DNA from: an uncultured Gemmatimonadales bacterium
Lineage (GTDB): Bacteria > Gemmatimonadota > Gemmatimonadetes > Gemmatimonadales > GWC2-71-9
DNA: 64,000 nucleotides
Direction of reading: 5' to 3'
Assembly: GCA_963771275.1 (NCBI GenBank)
Contig: CAVYSW010000003.1
Coordinates: 1,760,001 to 1,824,000, forward strand
How positions within the stretch are numbered: the first letter of the stretch is position 1; every line of letters begins with the position of its first letter. Positions 36,709 to 46,893 of the stretch are shown here, piece after piece. Under the pieces are notes generated by a model that saw only the letters and a program-made list of their open reading frames with translations, did no database searches and was not told the origin of the DNA. Position numbers and translations under genes: made by a program.

Positions 36709-39700
36709 ATGCCGAATCTCGCGCTCTTGGTGGCAACCGTGGTCGCGGCCTGTCTCTGGCCCACCGACGAGCCGCCGCAGGGAGCCACGCCCGGCGTGCT
36801 GGTGAGCCCACAGGCCCCGATCGACACGACCGTAGGAATGAGCGCCGACACCTACCTGCGACAAAGTGAGCCCAACCGGAACTTCGGTACGGAGCCCTTC
36901 CTCCGGGTGCGGCCGACGGGAAAGAATCGCGCGCTGCTCGCCGTGGACCAAACGGCGCTCGCCGCTCTGATCGGCGGGGCCACGGTGACGGCGGCCCGGC
37001 TGGAGCTCACGATCACCGAGAACGCCAACAACTGGGGGCCGGAGGGACGGGCCATTGCGTTGCACCGGCTCACGGTGCCGTGGAGCGAGACCGCGGCGAC
37101 GTGGAACTGCGGGGTGGACACGGTGCCGGGGAACCCGCAGGCGGAGTGCGCGGCGAGGACGGCGTGGGAGATGGGCGGTGCGGGTCCGTGGGTCGTGCCG
37201 CCCACCGCGACGGCCACCATCACGAACGGGCTCCGTGGGGTGGTGACGTTCGACGTGGCCGCGGATGTCGCGGCGTGGCTGAGCGGGACGCCGAATGCGG
37301 GGTGGATCCTCAAGCGGGTGGACGAGGGGCCGAGTGGGGCGGTGGAGTTCGGGTCGCGGGAGAGTGGGAGCCCGCCCGTGCTGGTGCTCACGCTGGCGGT
37401 CGGAGACACGAGCCGACCGCCGATTCCCGATGGGTTCGTGGCACCGGACGGCGCCGTCGCACTGTTGGTTTCTCCGCCGGGGGACGATTCCGTGTTGGTC
37501 CTCCGAGATTTCATCCGAATCATCTTCGACGATACAACAAGCGGTTACACCATCAGAAGCGTCTTTGCCCGCTACGGCGGGCACATCGTCGGTGGCGATA
37601 CGCTGCTCGAGTCTTACATGGTGCAGGTACCAGATCCGGGGCCCACTTATGCTGCCCTCGACTCCCTGCTTTCGCGCGTGCGGAGCGAACCCGGGGTCCG
37701 TTTCGCCATTCGGTATGTCTTTAGTGAGCCGGTTCGCGATCCTGGTCGCTACCCCGAGGACGATCCCCAGTCCTCGCGGCGACAGGACTGGTGCGGGCCC
37801 GGTACGGATGGAACACGCGCGCTCACGGCGATACGTGCTCCGCTTGCATGGAGCTGCGAGACGGGGCTCTACGGAACAGATGCCGTCGCTATCGGTGTGA
37901 TGGAGGACGTCGTTGACGCCACCATCCCGGACTTGGCCCCGTCCTTCAGCCGTCTCCATGCTGCGAGTGCAAGTCAGCCCATTAACACAACCGTCACCTT
38001 GTCGGTGGGTGCCCTCAGTCACGGGACTGGCGTGGCAGGAGTGCTGTCAGCTCGCGGGGACAACGGTTTGGGAGTGCCTGGTCTGACCTGGCAAAGCGAG
38101 CTCCATGTGTTCAGGCTGGCGCGGGAGGACGGCAACACCACCAGGATGATCCGGGATCGCGCGCAGGCCATAGAGCGGGCCATTCGCCTCGCTGCCGCGA
38201 CCCCCGTGCGGATCCTGCATAGCTCGGTCGAGGCGACTGCGGATCCGGAGGAGGCAAGGGTTCTTGCAGCGGCGATTGCGGATTTCGTGAACACGTCCCC
38301 CGGCCGCATCTTCGTCCAGGCCGGCGGAGACAATCGGTACACAATCCGGCCCGATACGATCTTGCAGATAGGGCAGGGCGGGTTCGTCATGCACCAGGCG
38401 ATGGTGCTGCTCGATCCCACGGTAAAGGCGCGCGTCCTGTTGGTCGGCGCCGCCAATCGGGACGGGACTGATATCTGGGGCTTGGGCCTCGACCCGAACG
38501 CGTGGGGTAGTGCGACCCTCATTTCTGGCGTCACGGACATACTCGTGCCCGCTGCGGATATCCTCACACTTGTGCGGCCGCAGGATTTCAATGGCGCCTC
38601 CGTCCGGTCGGGGTCCGGGACTTCCTTCGGCGCACCCATGGTCTCCGGCACCGCCGCGCTCTTGTGGGCCTTCGATCCGACACTGACGGCCGACGAGGTG
38701 AAGGGCTACATCGTCGACGGTGCCAGAGAGCGGATGAGCGCCACGGGCACGATTGAGCCCAGCCCGGTGGTTCCCAACAGCGGGGGGTTGAATCTGCTGG
38801 ACGCCTACGAGGCGCTGGCGCGGGCGTCGCGGGAGCGCCCCGGCACGACGCCGATCTGCGGCGGCCAGGTGTGGGCCAGCGAGGCATCCATCCACGTCGA
38901 TCAGGGAGCGCCGGCGCTCCGGATCATCCCCGTCCCCAGTGCGCGCTTCCTCGGCCTCGCGTCCGTCGCGCAGGGCGGGCGCCGGATTGCCGTGACCGAC
39001 TTCCGCTTCCCGGATCCGACGGAGACCCTGATCGTGACCAACACGGGTGCCATCGACTCGGTGCTCGGTGGCGTCTACGCCCGGCAGTACCTGGAACGTG
39101 GCACGGCCGATCTCAAGGTCGCGGCTCCGGACGGGTCGTTCGCCGAGGGGCTCGTGCTCACGCTGCGCGGCACGGGGGTGGACCTCACCGACCAGCACCT
39201 GGACGGCGTGACGGCACCGCCCGGGGCCAGCGAGAGCAGGGCGGAGTACATCATCGTGTCGCCCCTGGGTGACCTGGCCGCCGTGCAAACGCCGGCGTGG
39301 ATGCCCGACGGCGGCGGCACCGCCCGGTGGGACCTGGTTCGGCTCACGAGCCCGCCGCAGGCGGCTGGGAACATCATGGACCTCCAGTTCCCGGCTGATC
39401 CCGTTCCGTGCGCGACCGACTGCCGGCTCGGCATCTGGAATGCCGCGTGGACCCATGACAGCCGGCGGGTGGTCTTCACGCTCGCCCATGCCGACTACTA
39501 CCAGGGTGGGGGCGGTGGCGGTGATTTGGGGCCGCCGGCCGGAATCGCGACCGGCGCGCAGCTCGAGAACGGCGACCTCATCGCGATTGCGACGCGGCTG
39601 ATCAGCGTGCCGATCGTGAACGGAGCGGCCCAGGCGGCCGACAGCACGCCGTTGCTCGAGGGAGAGTGGCTGGCGAGCCCGCGCTTCACGGCCGATGATG

Positions 39701-39915
39701 TGCTCCTGATCGCGGAGCACCTGGGGCTGGTGGACGGTGTGGTGGGGGGGACCTGCGAGGAGAAGCGGCGTCTCCCGGCGAGCCCATTCACGGTGCAGGC
39801 AGCCCGAGCACCGCTGTTGGCCGCGTTCTGCGATCCGTACGCCGATGGCCCGCGGATCTTCAACGCCCCGCCGGCGGCCGTGGCCAGCCGCACGAGGTAT
39901 GTCCAGCGGCGATAG
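36709..39915 (+). CDS. Secreted S8 subtilase with an N-terminal DNRLRE-like domain
   Basis: GAGGAGG RBS; signal peptide; ADTYLRQSEPNRNFG; SHGTGVAGVL and SGTSFGAPMVSGTAALL catalytic His/Ser motifs. Confidence 0.85.
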   Translation: MPNLALLVATVVAACLWPTDEPPQGATPGVLVSPQAPIDTTVGMSADTYLRQSEPNRNFGTEPFLRVRPTGKNRALLAVDQTALAALIGGATVTAARLELTITENANNWGPEGRAIALHRLTVPWSETAATWNCGVDTVPGNPQAECAARTAWEMGGAGPWVVPPTATATITNGLRGVVTFDVAADVAAWLSGTPNAGWILKRVDEGPSGAVEFGSRESGSPPVLVLTLAVGDTSRPPIPDGFVAPDGAVALLVSPPGDDSVLVLRDFIRIIFDDTTSGYTIRSVFARYGGHIVGGDTLLESYMVQVPDPGPTYAALDSLLSRVRSEPGVRFAIRYVFSEPVRDPGRYPEDDPQSSRRQDWCGPGTDGTRALTAIRAPLAWSCETGLYGTDAVAIGVMEDVVDATIPDLAPSFSRLHAASASQPINTTVTLSVGALSHGTGVAGVLSARGDNGLGVPGLTWQSELHVFRLAREDGNTTRMIRDRAQAIERAIRLAAATPVRILHSSVEATADPEEARVLAAAIADFVNTSPGRIFVQAGGDNRYTIRPDTILQIGQGGFVMHQAMVLLDPTVKARVLLVGAANRDGTDIWGLGLDPNAWGSATLISGVTDILVPAADILTLVRPQDFNGASVRSGSGTSFGAPMVSGTAALLWAFDPTLTADEVKGYIVDGARERMSATGTIEPSPVVPNSGGLNLLDAYEALARASRERPGTTPICGGQVWASEASIHVDQGAPALRIIPVPSARFLGLASVAQGGRRIAVTDFRFPDPTETLIVTNTGAIDSVLGGVYARQYLERGTADLKVAAPDGSFAEGLVLTLRGTGVDLTDQHLDGVTAPPGASESRAEYIIVSPLGDLAAVQTPAWMPDGGGTARWDLVRLTSPPQAAGNIMDLQFPADPVPCATDCRLGIWNAAWTHDSRRVVFTLAHADYYQGGGGGGDLGPPAGIATGAQLENGDLIAIATRLISVPIVNGAAQAADSTPLLEGEWLASPRFTADDVLLIAEHLGLVDGVVGGTCEEKRRLPASPFTVQAARAPLLAAFCDPYADGPRIFNAPPAAVASRTRYVQRR

Positions 39916-40029
39916 CGGGGAGGCGGGAACGCGGGCTGGTCATTTCCATACGTGCAGTGACCAGGAATGCCAGGAACCGCCATGCTGTGCTCCGTGCATC
40001 TCGTGGCCATGACTTGAATCCATCACCCC

Positions 40030-42387
40030 TTGCGGATGGTGCCCGTGAAAACGTATTGTGGGGTGGTGGCTCAAGCATCCCCGCGCGTCAGACGGAGCCG
40101 CAGAGTGCTGTTGCTCTTCGGGCTTCTGGCTCCCACCATTGTGACTTCCCCACTCCTCCGCCGCGTGAGTCAGCAGGATGTCCGTCCGATCTTGCAGGTG
40201 GACTCTGCGGCAATGCTCCGGCAGGCGCGCGACACACTGAGACGCGGCGCGCTCGACGCCGCGATCCGCCTGGCCGAGCGCTACGCTCGCCGGTATCCCA
40301 AAGACCCCGCCGGACCGCTGCTCCTCGGCGATGCGTACATGCGCAAGATGCCCGCGGGCCGGTTCCGGGCGATGGAGTACTACCGCGCGGCCCAGCGGCT
40401 CGCACCGAAGAGCCCGGTGCCGCCCTACCGGCTGGCGGTCGCGGCCTTCTACATCGGCGGCGCGGACGGGGAGCGGATCGCGCGGGATGGGCTGGAACGG
40501 GTCCTGGAACTGGAGCCCCAGTATCCGGGGGCGTGGGAGAAATGGCGGCTCCTGTACCGCTCGCCGAGCGACCGCCGCAAGGTCATGGCCCTCCTCCGGC
40601 CACATGCGTCGGTGCCGCAGGTCGCCGAACGGCTTGCGGTGCTCCACATCGAAGACGAGCAGTACGGCGCCGCCGACTCGGTGCTGGGGGGCCTTCTCGC
40701 TCAGGACCGAGACAATGCGGGCTGGCTTGCGCTCCAGGCCCAAGGCAGGCTGGAGGCGGGTGATACCACGGGTGGCATGGCGCTCTACCAGCGGGCCCTG
40801 GCCCACGCCGCCACCGACTCCGAAGAGGTGCTCTGGCAACAGGTCATCGGGATCGCGTCGCCGGAGGAGTTTCTGGCCTGGGAGCGCGGCATCCCGCCGC
40901 GCGAGCGGGGCGCCTGGCTGACGGCGTTCTGGGCCCGGCGCAATCCCGATCTCTTCGCGGGCGTGAATCGCCGGATCGTGGAGCACTTCACGCGGCTCCG
41001 CTACGCGCGGAAGCGCTACCCGCTGCTCCATCCCATAGTCTCCTACCAGCGGGACGCGGTGGCCCGGGCCATGAACCTGGAGCCCTCCCGCGGCGAGCGG
41101 CAATTTCACCTCCGGTGCGAGGTCTACCAGGCGCTGGCGCCGTCCGGCGGCGGCCACGTTGCCCTGCCGGGCGTCTCCCACGCGCGGGAGCGGGCGCTCA
41201 CCGACATGGGGATCCTGTCGTACCTCACGGATGAGGAGAAGCAGAGTGCGTGGGCGACGGTGCGGGCTGGAGCCGCGAGGGGGCGGATAGACGCGCTACC
41301 CAACATCTTGAAAGAGGCCCTGGCGGAGGGAGGGGACCTGGCGTTTGCGCCGACGCAGTTCGCGCCGCTCGGGTTCGACCTGCGCGACGTGGACTCGGTG
41401 GCCGCGCGGATCGGCTACAGCCTGGCCACCGGTTTGGATGACCGGGGACTCATGTACCTCCGCTTTGGAAAGCCGGACCAGGCGCTGCTGGGCGGCGACA
41501 ACTCGCTCGATCCCCAGTGCAACACCAGCGAGGTGGAGCGGTGGCGGTACCCCGGGATCGGCGAGGTCCGATTCGCCAAGCCGAACGCGTTCTCCAAAGG
41601 TCTCCGTGTCGTGCCGGAGATGGTGTTCCGGCCGATGAACCCCGATCAGTTCGAGGTGATGCGGGCGGGGCTCACGCGCGATGCCTCCTCCGAGCCCGCA
41701 CCCTTGGAGTTCGGCGTGTGGACGGCGCAGTTCCGCGATCGCGAGGATCCGGAGTACACGGATGTGCTCGTGGTGAGCACGCTCGGCCGGCTGGCCGCTA
41801 CGCTGGCGCCGCCGGAAGGCGGAGCCTCGGGGCAACGGGAGAGCGGCACGGGCCGCGTGACGCTGGTCGAGCGGAGCGGGGCGTACGCCCTGCTGGCGCA
41901 CGCGCGGCAGGGCGACCAGCTCGGGCGGCAGTCCCTCAACCTCGCGGTCAAGGACTTCCGGGGTCACTCGATGAGCGACCTGCTCCTGGCTCCGGCGTGG
42001 GAATCGGCGGTGGACAGCGTGACCCGCGCCGACATGATCGCCCGGGCGCCGCGCGACCTGACCTTCGCGGCCGGGGTCACCGCGCGGGCCTACGTCGAGC
42101 TCTACGGGCTCACGGCGCAGGCGGGGCGGCAGACCGTGCGCGCGCGGTTTCTCGTGCTGCGAACGCGGGATCCCTATCGCGATATCGCGCGGGAAGCCTG
42201 GGAGGGCGCCACGGCGTTCGAGTTCGATCGGGCGCAGCCCGTGAAGGGCGACGACCCCGTCCGTTTGGCGCTGGACATTCAGCCGGGGTATCTCCCGCGG
42301 GGCACCTATCTGCTCCGTGCCGAGGTGCTCGACCTCACCTCCGAGCGGCAGCTGGGGCGGGCTGCCATCGCATTCCAGGTGCGTTGA
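40030..42387 (+). CDS. TPR + GWxTD-like domain protein
   Basis: TPR helices; FWARRNPDLFAGVNRRIVEHFTRLRYA and GLDDRGLMYLRFGKPD segments; start uncertain. Confidence 0.75.
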   Translation: MRMVPVKTYCGVVAQASPRVRRSRRVLLLFGLLAPTIVTSPLLRRVSQQDVRPILQVDSAAMLRQARDTLRRGALDAAIRLAERYARRYPKDPAGPLLLGDAYMRKMPAGRFRAMEYYRAAQRLAPKSPVPPYRLAVAAFYIGGADGERIARDGLERVLELEPQYPGAWEKWRLLYRSPSDRRKVMALLRPHASVPQVAERLAVLHIEDEQYGAADSVLGGLLAQDRDNAGWLALQAQGRLEAGDTTGGMALYQRALAHAATDSEEVLWQQVIGIASPEEFLAWERGIPPRERGAWLTAFWARRNPDLFAGVNRRIVEHFTRLRYARKRYPLLHPIVSYQRDAVARAMNLEPSRGERQFHLRCEVYQALAPSGGGHVALPGVSHARERALTDMGILSYLTDEEKQSAWATVRAGAARGRIDALPNILKEALAEGGDLAFAPTQFAPLGFDLRDVDSVAARIGYSLATGLDDRGLMYLRFGKPDQALLGGDNSLDPQCNTSEVERWRYPGIGEVRFAKPNAFSKGLRVVPEMVFRPMNPDQFEVMRAGLTRDASSEPAPLEFGVWTAQFRDREDPEYTDVLVVSTLGRLAATLAPPEGGASGQRESGTGRVTLVERSGAYALLAHARQGDQLGRQSLNLAVKDFRGHSMSDLLLAPAWESAVDSVTRADMIARAPRDLTFAAGVTARAYVELYGLTAQAGRQTVRARFLVLRTRDPYRDIAREAWEGATAFEFDRAQPVKGDDPVRLALDIQPGYLPRGTYLLRAEVLDLTSERQLGRAAIAFQVR

Positions 42388-42446
42388 GGGCGGTGCCCCA
42401 CGTTCGAGCCCCTCGGGGACGCCGCTGGTGGAACCCGCGCGCGGAT

Positions 42447-43676
42447 GTGGATCCTGCTGAAGCCGGCCCTCGGCGTGTCCTATCGCCCAGGCGACGCGTA
42501 TGCCTCCAACGCGGTGCGATCGCGCAGCTCGTCGTGCCCCTGCTACTGAGCCACGTGGCCTGTGATAGGGAGGCGCGGGCCTCCCATACAGTTGAGCCCC
42601 GCGATAGCGCTGGCGTAGTGATCTTCGAAGCGCCGGCCGACGGGCGGCAGGTCCCCACGTGGAGTGTTGGCACGCCCGAGGTGTTGATCGGGGAGGCCGA
42701 AGGTGGTGAGCCACTCTATCGAGTGACTGCGGGGCGCCAATTCGTGGACGGCTCGTTCGTGATTGCGAACGAGGGGAGCCATGAGCTGCGCTTCTATTCC
42801 CCCCAGGGTGTCCTGGAACGCTCGGTCGGACGTGAGGGCTCTGGTCCCAACGAATTCCGCGCGCTCGACTTCTTGGAAGTAGTCGCTGAGTCGGTGTGGG
42901 TGTACGACGGGCTGAACCAGCGGATGAGTGTGCTGGACCGCTCCGGCGGGTTCGCACGGGTCATTCCGCTGGGCACCGTCTCTACCCAGGGGCTCGCCCG
43001 CGCCGTGGGCGTGTTTGATGATGGCTCCATTCTCGTCATCAGGAGCGAGCCCGGGACTATCGTGCCGGGGCTCAACGCCATCTACCGGCGAGCCTTCGTG
43101 CTGCACCCCGATGGCTCGATCGCCGAGCTAGGGCGATTCTTCCGCGGGGAGTCCTACTGGACCGACGTAGGGGATGGCATCGTTGACGTGGGGCAGCCCT
43201 TCGCTCGCGAAGGGCTCATGGCCGTGCGCGGCAGCGAGTGGTTCTACAGCGGGGGCGCGGAGTACCGGGTGGAGCAGTACGACATGAGCGGTCGGCTGAG
43301 CGCGATCTTTGCCTATGCAGGGCAGCCGCGAGCGGTGACCCAGGCGGACCTCGATGACTACTGGAAGGAAACCCGTGATGAGGCTGGCGGGCCGAGTCTG
43401 CGCGAACAGCTCTTGCGGAAAGCGCCCCTGCCGGAGCGGATGCCGGCGTACGCTGGGCTCCTGATCGATCGGGAGGGCAACGTGTGGGCGGCGCCGCACG
43501 GTGGAGTCAAGCCACAGAACTGTTGGCGTGTCTACCAGCGGCGGCCTCCGGCGTTTGCCCAAGCATGTCTCCCGGACCGATTCACGGTGCTCGATATCGC
43601 CGGCACATCCGTGCTGGGTGTTCTCCGCGACGAGAACGATGTTGAGCATGTGGCTCGATACCGCCTAGTGAAGTGA
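42447..43676 (+). CDS. Six-bladed beta-propeller (lipo)protein
   Basis: VAC then RDSAGVVIFE; GREGSGPNEF and LIDREGNVW segments; start approximate. Confidence 0.75.
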   Translation: MDPAEAGPRRVLSPRRRVCLQRGAIAQLVVPLLLSHVACDREARASHTVEPRDSAGVVIFEAPADGRQVPTWSVGTPEVLIGEAEGGEPLYRVTAGRQFVDGSFVIANEGSHELRFYSPQGVLERSVGREGSGPNEFRALDFLEVVAESVWVYDGLNQRMSVLDRSGGFARVIPLGTVSTQGLARAVGVFDDGSILVIRSEPGTIVPGLNAIYRRAFVLHPDGSIAELGRFFRGESYWTDVGDGIVDVGQPFAREGLMAVRGSEWFYSGGAEYRVEQYDMSGRLSAIFAYAGQPRAVTQADLDDYWKETRDEAGGPSLREQLLRKAPLPERMPAYAGLLIDREGNVWAAPHGGVKPQNCWRVYQRRPPAFAQACLPDRFTVLDIAGTSVLGVLRDENDVEHVARYRLVK

Positions 43677-44457
43677 GCTGCGGCGCCTTTTCAGCGGGAT
43701 TCCCTGGTGTGTGTCGCCCGACCGTGGAAGCGGGCTCCAGGACTGCGCGCCACCTGTCAGAAGCGACCCCCCGCGCTATCTTCGGGAAGGCGGTTGATCG
43801 CCTTGGGGGGACCGTGATCCAGTCTCGAGCGTCAGTGCCGGATGCCAGACTGCGGGAGGTTGCCCGCGATGTCGCCGGGCGATTCGGTCTGCGACTGGTC
43901 GTCCTGTTCGGCTCGACCGCGCGCCAGGAGCCGGAGCCCCGGGACCTCGACCTCGGCGTCTTGAGGTCGGAACCGCTCGATGCGGTGGTGATCACGAACG
44001 CTTTCATTCGCGCCTTGGGTACGCAATCGGTCGACGTGACCGACCTGCGGCGCGCGGACCCCGTCCTGCTGGCATTGGCCGCGCGTGACGGAAGGGCGCT
44101 GTTTGAGACGGAGCCGGGCCTCTTTGCCCAATTCGCTTCCGTTGCTGCGCGCCGATTCGCCGACACCCGGAAGTTCCGGGATGCGCAGGCGCAGGCGTTG
44201 CGCGCCGCGATCGGTCCCCGATCCGCGGCCCCATGACCGAGCTCGATCGCGCGCTGGTGCGCCGCAAGCTGGCGGCGATCGCCCGCAACTTGGCGGACCT
44301 TGCACCCATTGAGGCGCTGACCCTCCCGCAGTATCTGGAGGATCGGCTGCGGCGCAAGGCGGTCGAGCGGTTGCTCCAGGAGGTCGTCGAGGCAGGCGTG
44401 GACGTGAATCTGCACGTCTTGCGCACCTTGGGCGTTCCGCTGCCCGGCGACTACTAC
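42449..44457 (+). repeat. Segmental duplication, copy 1 (propeller gene + MNT + HEPN 5' part)
   Basis: 42449-42995 matches 45661-46262; 43677-44457 matches 46335-47114. Confidence 0.88.
43814..44236 (+). CDS. MNT (minimal nucleotidyltransferase) antitoxin, copy 1
   Basis: LVVLFGSTAR...DLDLGV and VDVTDL motifs; coupled to the HEPN gene. Confidence 0.85.
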   Translation: MIQSRASVPDARLREVARDVAGRFGLRLVVLFGSTARQEPEPRDLDLGVLRSEPLDAVVITNAFIRALGTQSVDVTDLRRADPVLLALAARDGRALFETEPGLFAQFASVAARRFADTRKFRDAQAQALRAAIGPRSAAP

Positions 44458-44586
44458 GGAGTGACAGCCACGGCGGTACCCATGGCCGAGGTGAAGGACA
44501 TCCAACTCACCTCGAACTTCGGGGAGAGCCTCGCTCGTGGCGCACGCCCTCGTGGTCGCGCGGTGCAGAATCGGGGTGAACGGTGA
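44233..44586 (+). pseudogene. Truncated HEPN (DUF86/HepT) toxin, copy 1
   Basis: Same protein sequence as copy 2 up to PGDYY (44457), then unrelated sequence; lacks the RNxxxH catalytic motif. Confidence 0.82.
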
Positions 44587-45635
44587 GGTCGTCCTGGATC
44601 CTAGCGTTGACCTGTGCGACCGCTGCCGGCAGTGCGGTCGCACAGGCACCTCGGGTGACCCATGTGCCGAATGTGCGGCCGTCGCCCGTGATGCCGGCCA
44701 TGGACACACTCTGGAGTGTGGGGCTCGACGAAGCAGCAGGCCCGGACTCTCTGTTCGGAAACATGGCCTCTGTGGTGGCGGCGCCCGACGGGCTTCGCAT
44801 CCTCGTCGCTGACCCTAATGCCGGCGAGATGCGAGTGTTCGATGCGGCCACCGGCCGGCTCTTGGCCAAGATCGGGCGGCGTGGAGGGGGCCCCGGGGAA
44901 TTCCGCTTCGCAGACCGCGTGACCATCACTCGCCAGGGCTCCATTCTGGCGTACGACCGAGGACGCGGCGTGGTCATCCAGTTCGACAGTACGGGCCGCT
45001 ACACCAAAGAGGTCCGGCTGGAGAGTCCAGTTTCGCCGGAAACCCTAGTGGCGACTGACAGCCTCTTCGTGTTCTCCGGCGTCATGCACCAAGGGCCATA
45101 CACTCGCCGCGCCATCCACGTGTTCGACCGTGCGCAGGGCCGTTCCCTCCGCTCGTTCGGCAGGCTTCCCGACGCGCCGTCGGAAGTGATATCTCAGACT
45201 ATCGGCGCGGGCCTCCTCTCATGGTCCGGGGACGGGAACCTCTGGCATGCGCAGCGCGCGCCCTACCTGATTGAGAAGTTCACGCCTCAGGGCGAGTTGC
45301 TTCTCAGCCTGGAGAGGGAGAATGACTTCCTCCCGAGCGCCGCATCCTCGTATCGGGTGGCGTACCAGGCGCAGCGCATGCGGATAGAGGAGGACCCGTA
45401 TGCCGTGGCCGTCGCCATCCTGGAGACTGAGGACGGCACGCTGTTGCACCAAGTATGGCTCTCCGGCCGCCGATACGTGCTCGATGTGTTTGATGCCACG
45501 CTACTGCTCCGGGCAAGCTATGTCGGTGAGATGCCGGTCCTGGTGGCCCCGCTGGGAGACAGCCGCTACGCGGTCAACGGCAAGGGGCCCGACGACCAAT
45601 ACTGGGTCGGCGTGGTCCGGATGCACCTCCCCTAG
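44583..45635 (+). CDS. Secreted six-bladed beta-propeller protein
   Basis: Signal peptide ending AVAQA; IGRRGGGPGEF, FDSTGRY and FTPQGEL segments. Confidence 0.75.
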   Translation: MRSSWILALTCATAAGSAVAQAPRVTHVPNVRPSPVMPAMDTLWSVGLDEAAGPDSLFGNMASVVAAPDGLRILVADPNAGEMRVFDAATGRLLAKIGRRGGGPGEFRFADRVTITRQGSILAYDRGRGVVIQFDSTGRYTKEVRLESPVSPETLVATDSLFVFSGVMHQGPYTRRAIHVFDRAQGRSLRSFGRLPDAPSEVISQTIGAGLLSWSGDGNLWHAQRAPYLIEKFTPQGELLLSLERENDFLPSAASSYRVAYQAQRMRIEEDPYAVAVAILETEDGTLLHQVWLSGRRYVLDVFDATLLLRASYVGEMPVLVAPLGDSRYAVNGKGPDDQYWVGVVRMHLP

Positions 45636-45752
45636 CGTAACAGGCCGGCGTGCTTTCGCAGGATCCTGCTGAAGCAGGCCCTTGGCGCGTTCTGTCGCCC
45701 AGGCGGCAGTTGGCTGCGGCATGACCGTCCTCTCGATTCGGAACGGGTAGCC

Positions 45753-46328
45753 GTGAAAGCGCACTGCCTCCAACGCGATGTGATCGCGCAGCCCGTCGTG
45801 CTCCTCTTCCTGGGCCAAGAGGCCTGTGATAGGGAGGCCCGGGCTCCCCATACAGCCGAGCTCCGGGATAGCGCTGGCGTTGTGATCTTCGAAGGGCCGG
45901 CCGACCGACGGCAGGTCCCCACGTGGACCGTGGGCAAGCCCCCCGAGCTTCTGATCGCCGAGGCCGCAGGTGGCGAACCGCTGTATCGAGTGACTGCGGG
46001 GCGCTAGTTCGTGGACGGCTCGTTCGTGATCGCGAACGAGGGGAGCCATGAGCTGCGCTTCTACTCCCGCCAGGGCGATCTCGAGCGTTCGGTCGGACGT
46101 GAGGGCTCTGGTCCCAACGAATTTCGCGCGCTGGACTTCCTAGCAGAGGTCTCTGATTCCCTGTGGGTGTATGACAGGCTGAGCCAGCGTATGAGTGTGT
46201 TGGATCGCTCCGGCGAGTTCGTACGGGCGATTCCGCTGGGAACCGTCTCGACGAAGGGACTCCCGCCACTGAGGGAGGCCTGGCCCCTCTTCACGTACCT
46301 GTCATACAGCGCCGAATGCCGCTCATAG
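45753..46328 (+). pseudogene. Degraded paralog of the 42447 beta-propeller gene
   Basis: In-frame TAG at 46005-46007 where copy 1 has CAA; homology ends at about 46262. Confidence 0.85.
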
Positions 46329-46334
46329 CGATCC
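46289..46334 (-). repeat. Decayed copy of the 3' end of the S9 peptidase gene (48679-48724)
   Basis: 36/46 nt identical by hand alignment; encodes DRYERHSALYDRYVK versus DRYERYLAWYDRYVK. Confidence 0.75.
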
Positions 46335-46470
46335 GCTCCGGCGCCCCTTCAGCGCGCTTCCCCGGTGTGGGATGCCCGACTTTGGAAGAGGGCTTCAGGA
46401 GTGGCGCCACCTATCGGAAGGCGCCCCCCGGGCTATTTTCGGGAAGGCGATTGGTCGCCTCGGGGGGGCC

Positions 46471-46893
46471 GTGATCCGATCTCCAGTGTCAGTGCCGGAT
46501 GCCAGACTGCGGGAGGTCGCCCGCGACGTCGCTGGGCGATTCGGCCTGCGACTGGTCGTCCTGTTCGGCTCGACCGCCCGCCAAGAGCCGGATCCCCGCG
46601 ATCTCGACTTGGGTGTGGTGGGGTCAGAGCCGCTCGACGTGGTGGCGATCACGAACGCTGTCATTCGCGCGCTGGGCATGCAATCGGTCGACGTGGCCGA
46701 CCTGCGGCGCGCGGACCCCGTCCTGCTGGCACTGGCCGCGCGCGACGGGAGGGCGCTGTTTGAGGCGGAGTCGGGCCTCTTCGCCAACTTCGTCTCGGTT
46801 GCCGCCCGCCGATTTGCCGACACCCGGAAATTCCGGGATGCGCAGGCTGAGGCGCTGCGCTCCACGATTGGCCGCCGGTCCGCGGCCCCGTGA
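46471..46893 (+). CDS. MNT antitoxin (MntA-like), copy 2
   Basis: LVVLFGSTAR...DLDLGV motif; GTGA overlap with the HEPN gene. Confidence 0.87.
   Translation: MIRSPVSVPDARLREVARDVAGRFGLRLVVLFGSTARQEPDPRDLDLGVVGSEPLDVVAITNAVIRALGMQSVDVADLRRADPVLLALAARDGRALFEAESGLFANFVSVAARRFADTRKFRDAQAEALRSTIGRRSAAP

Noticed and set aside
39940..39995. Possible fourth copy of the S9 3'-end scar (GCCAGGAACCGC)
   Set aside because: Only an 11/12-nt match with poor flanks; not distinguishable from chance by eye.
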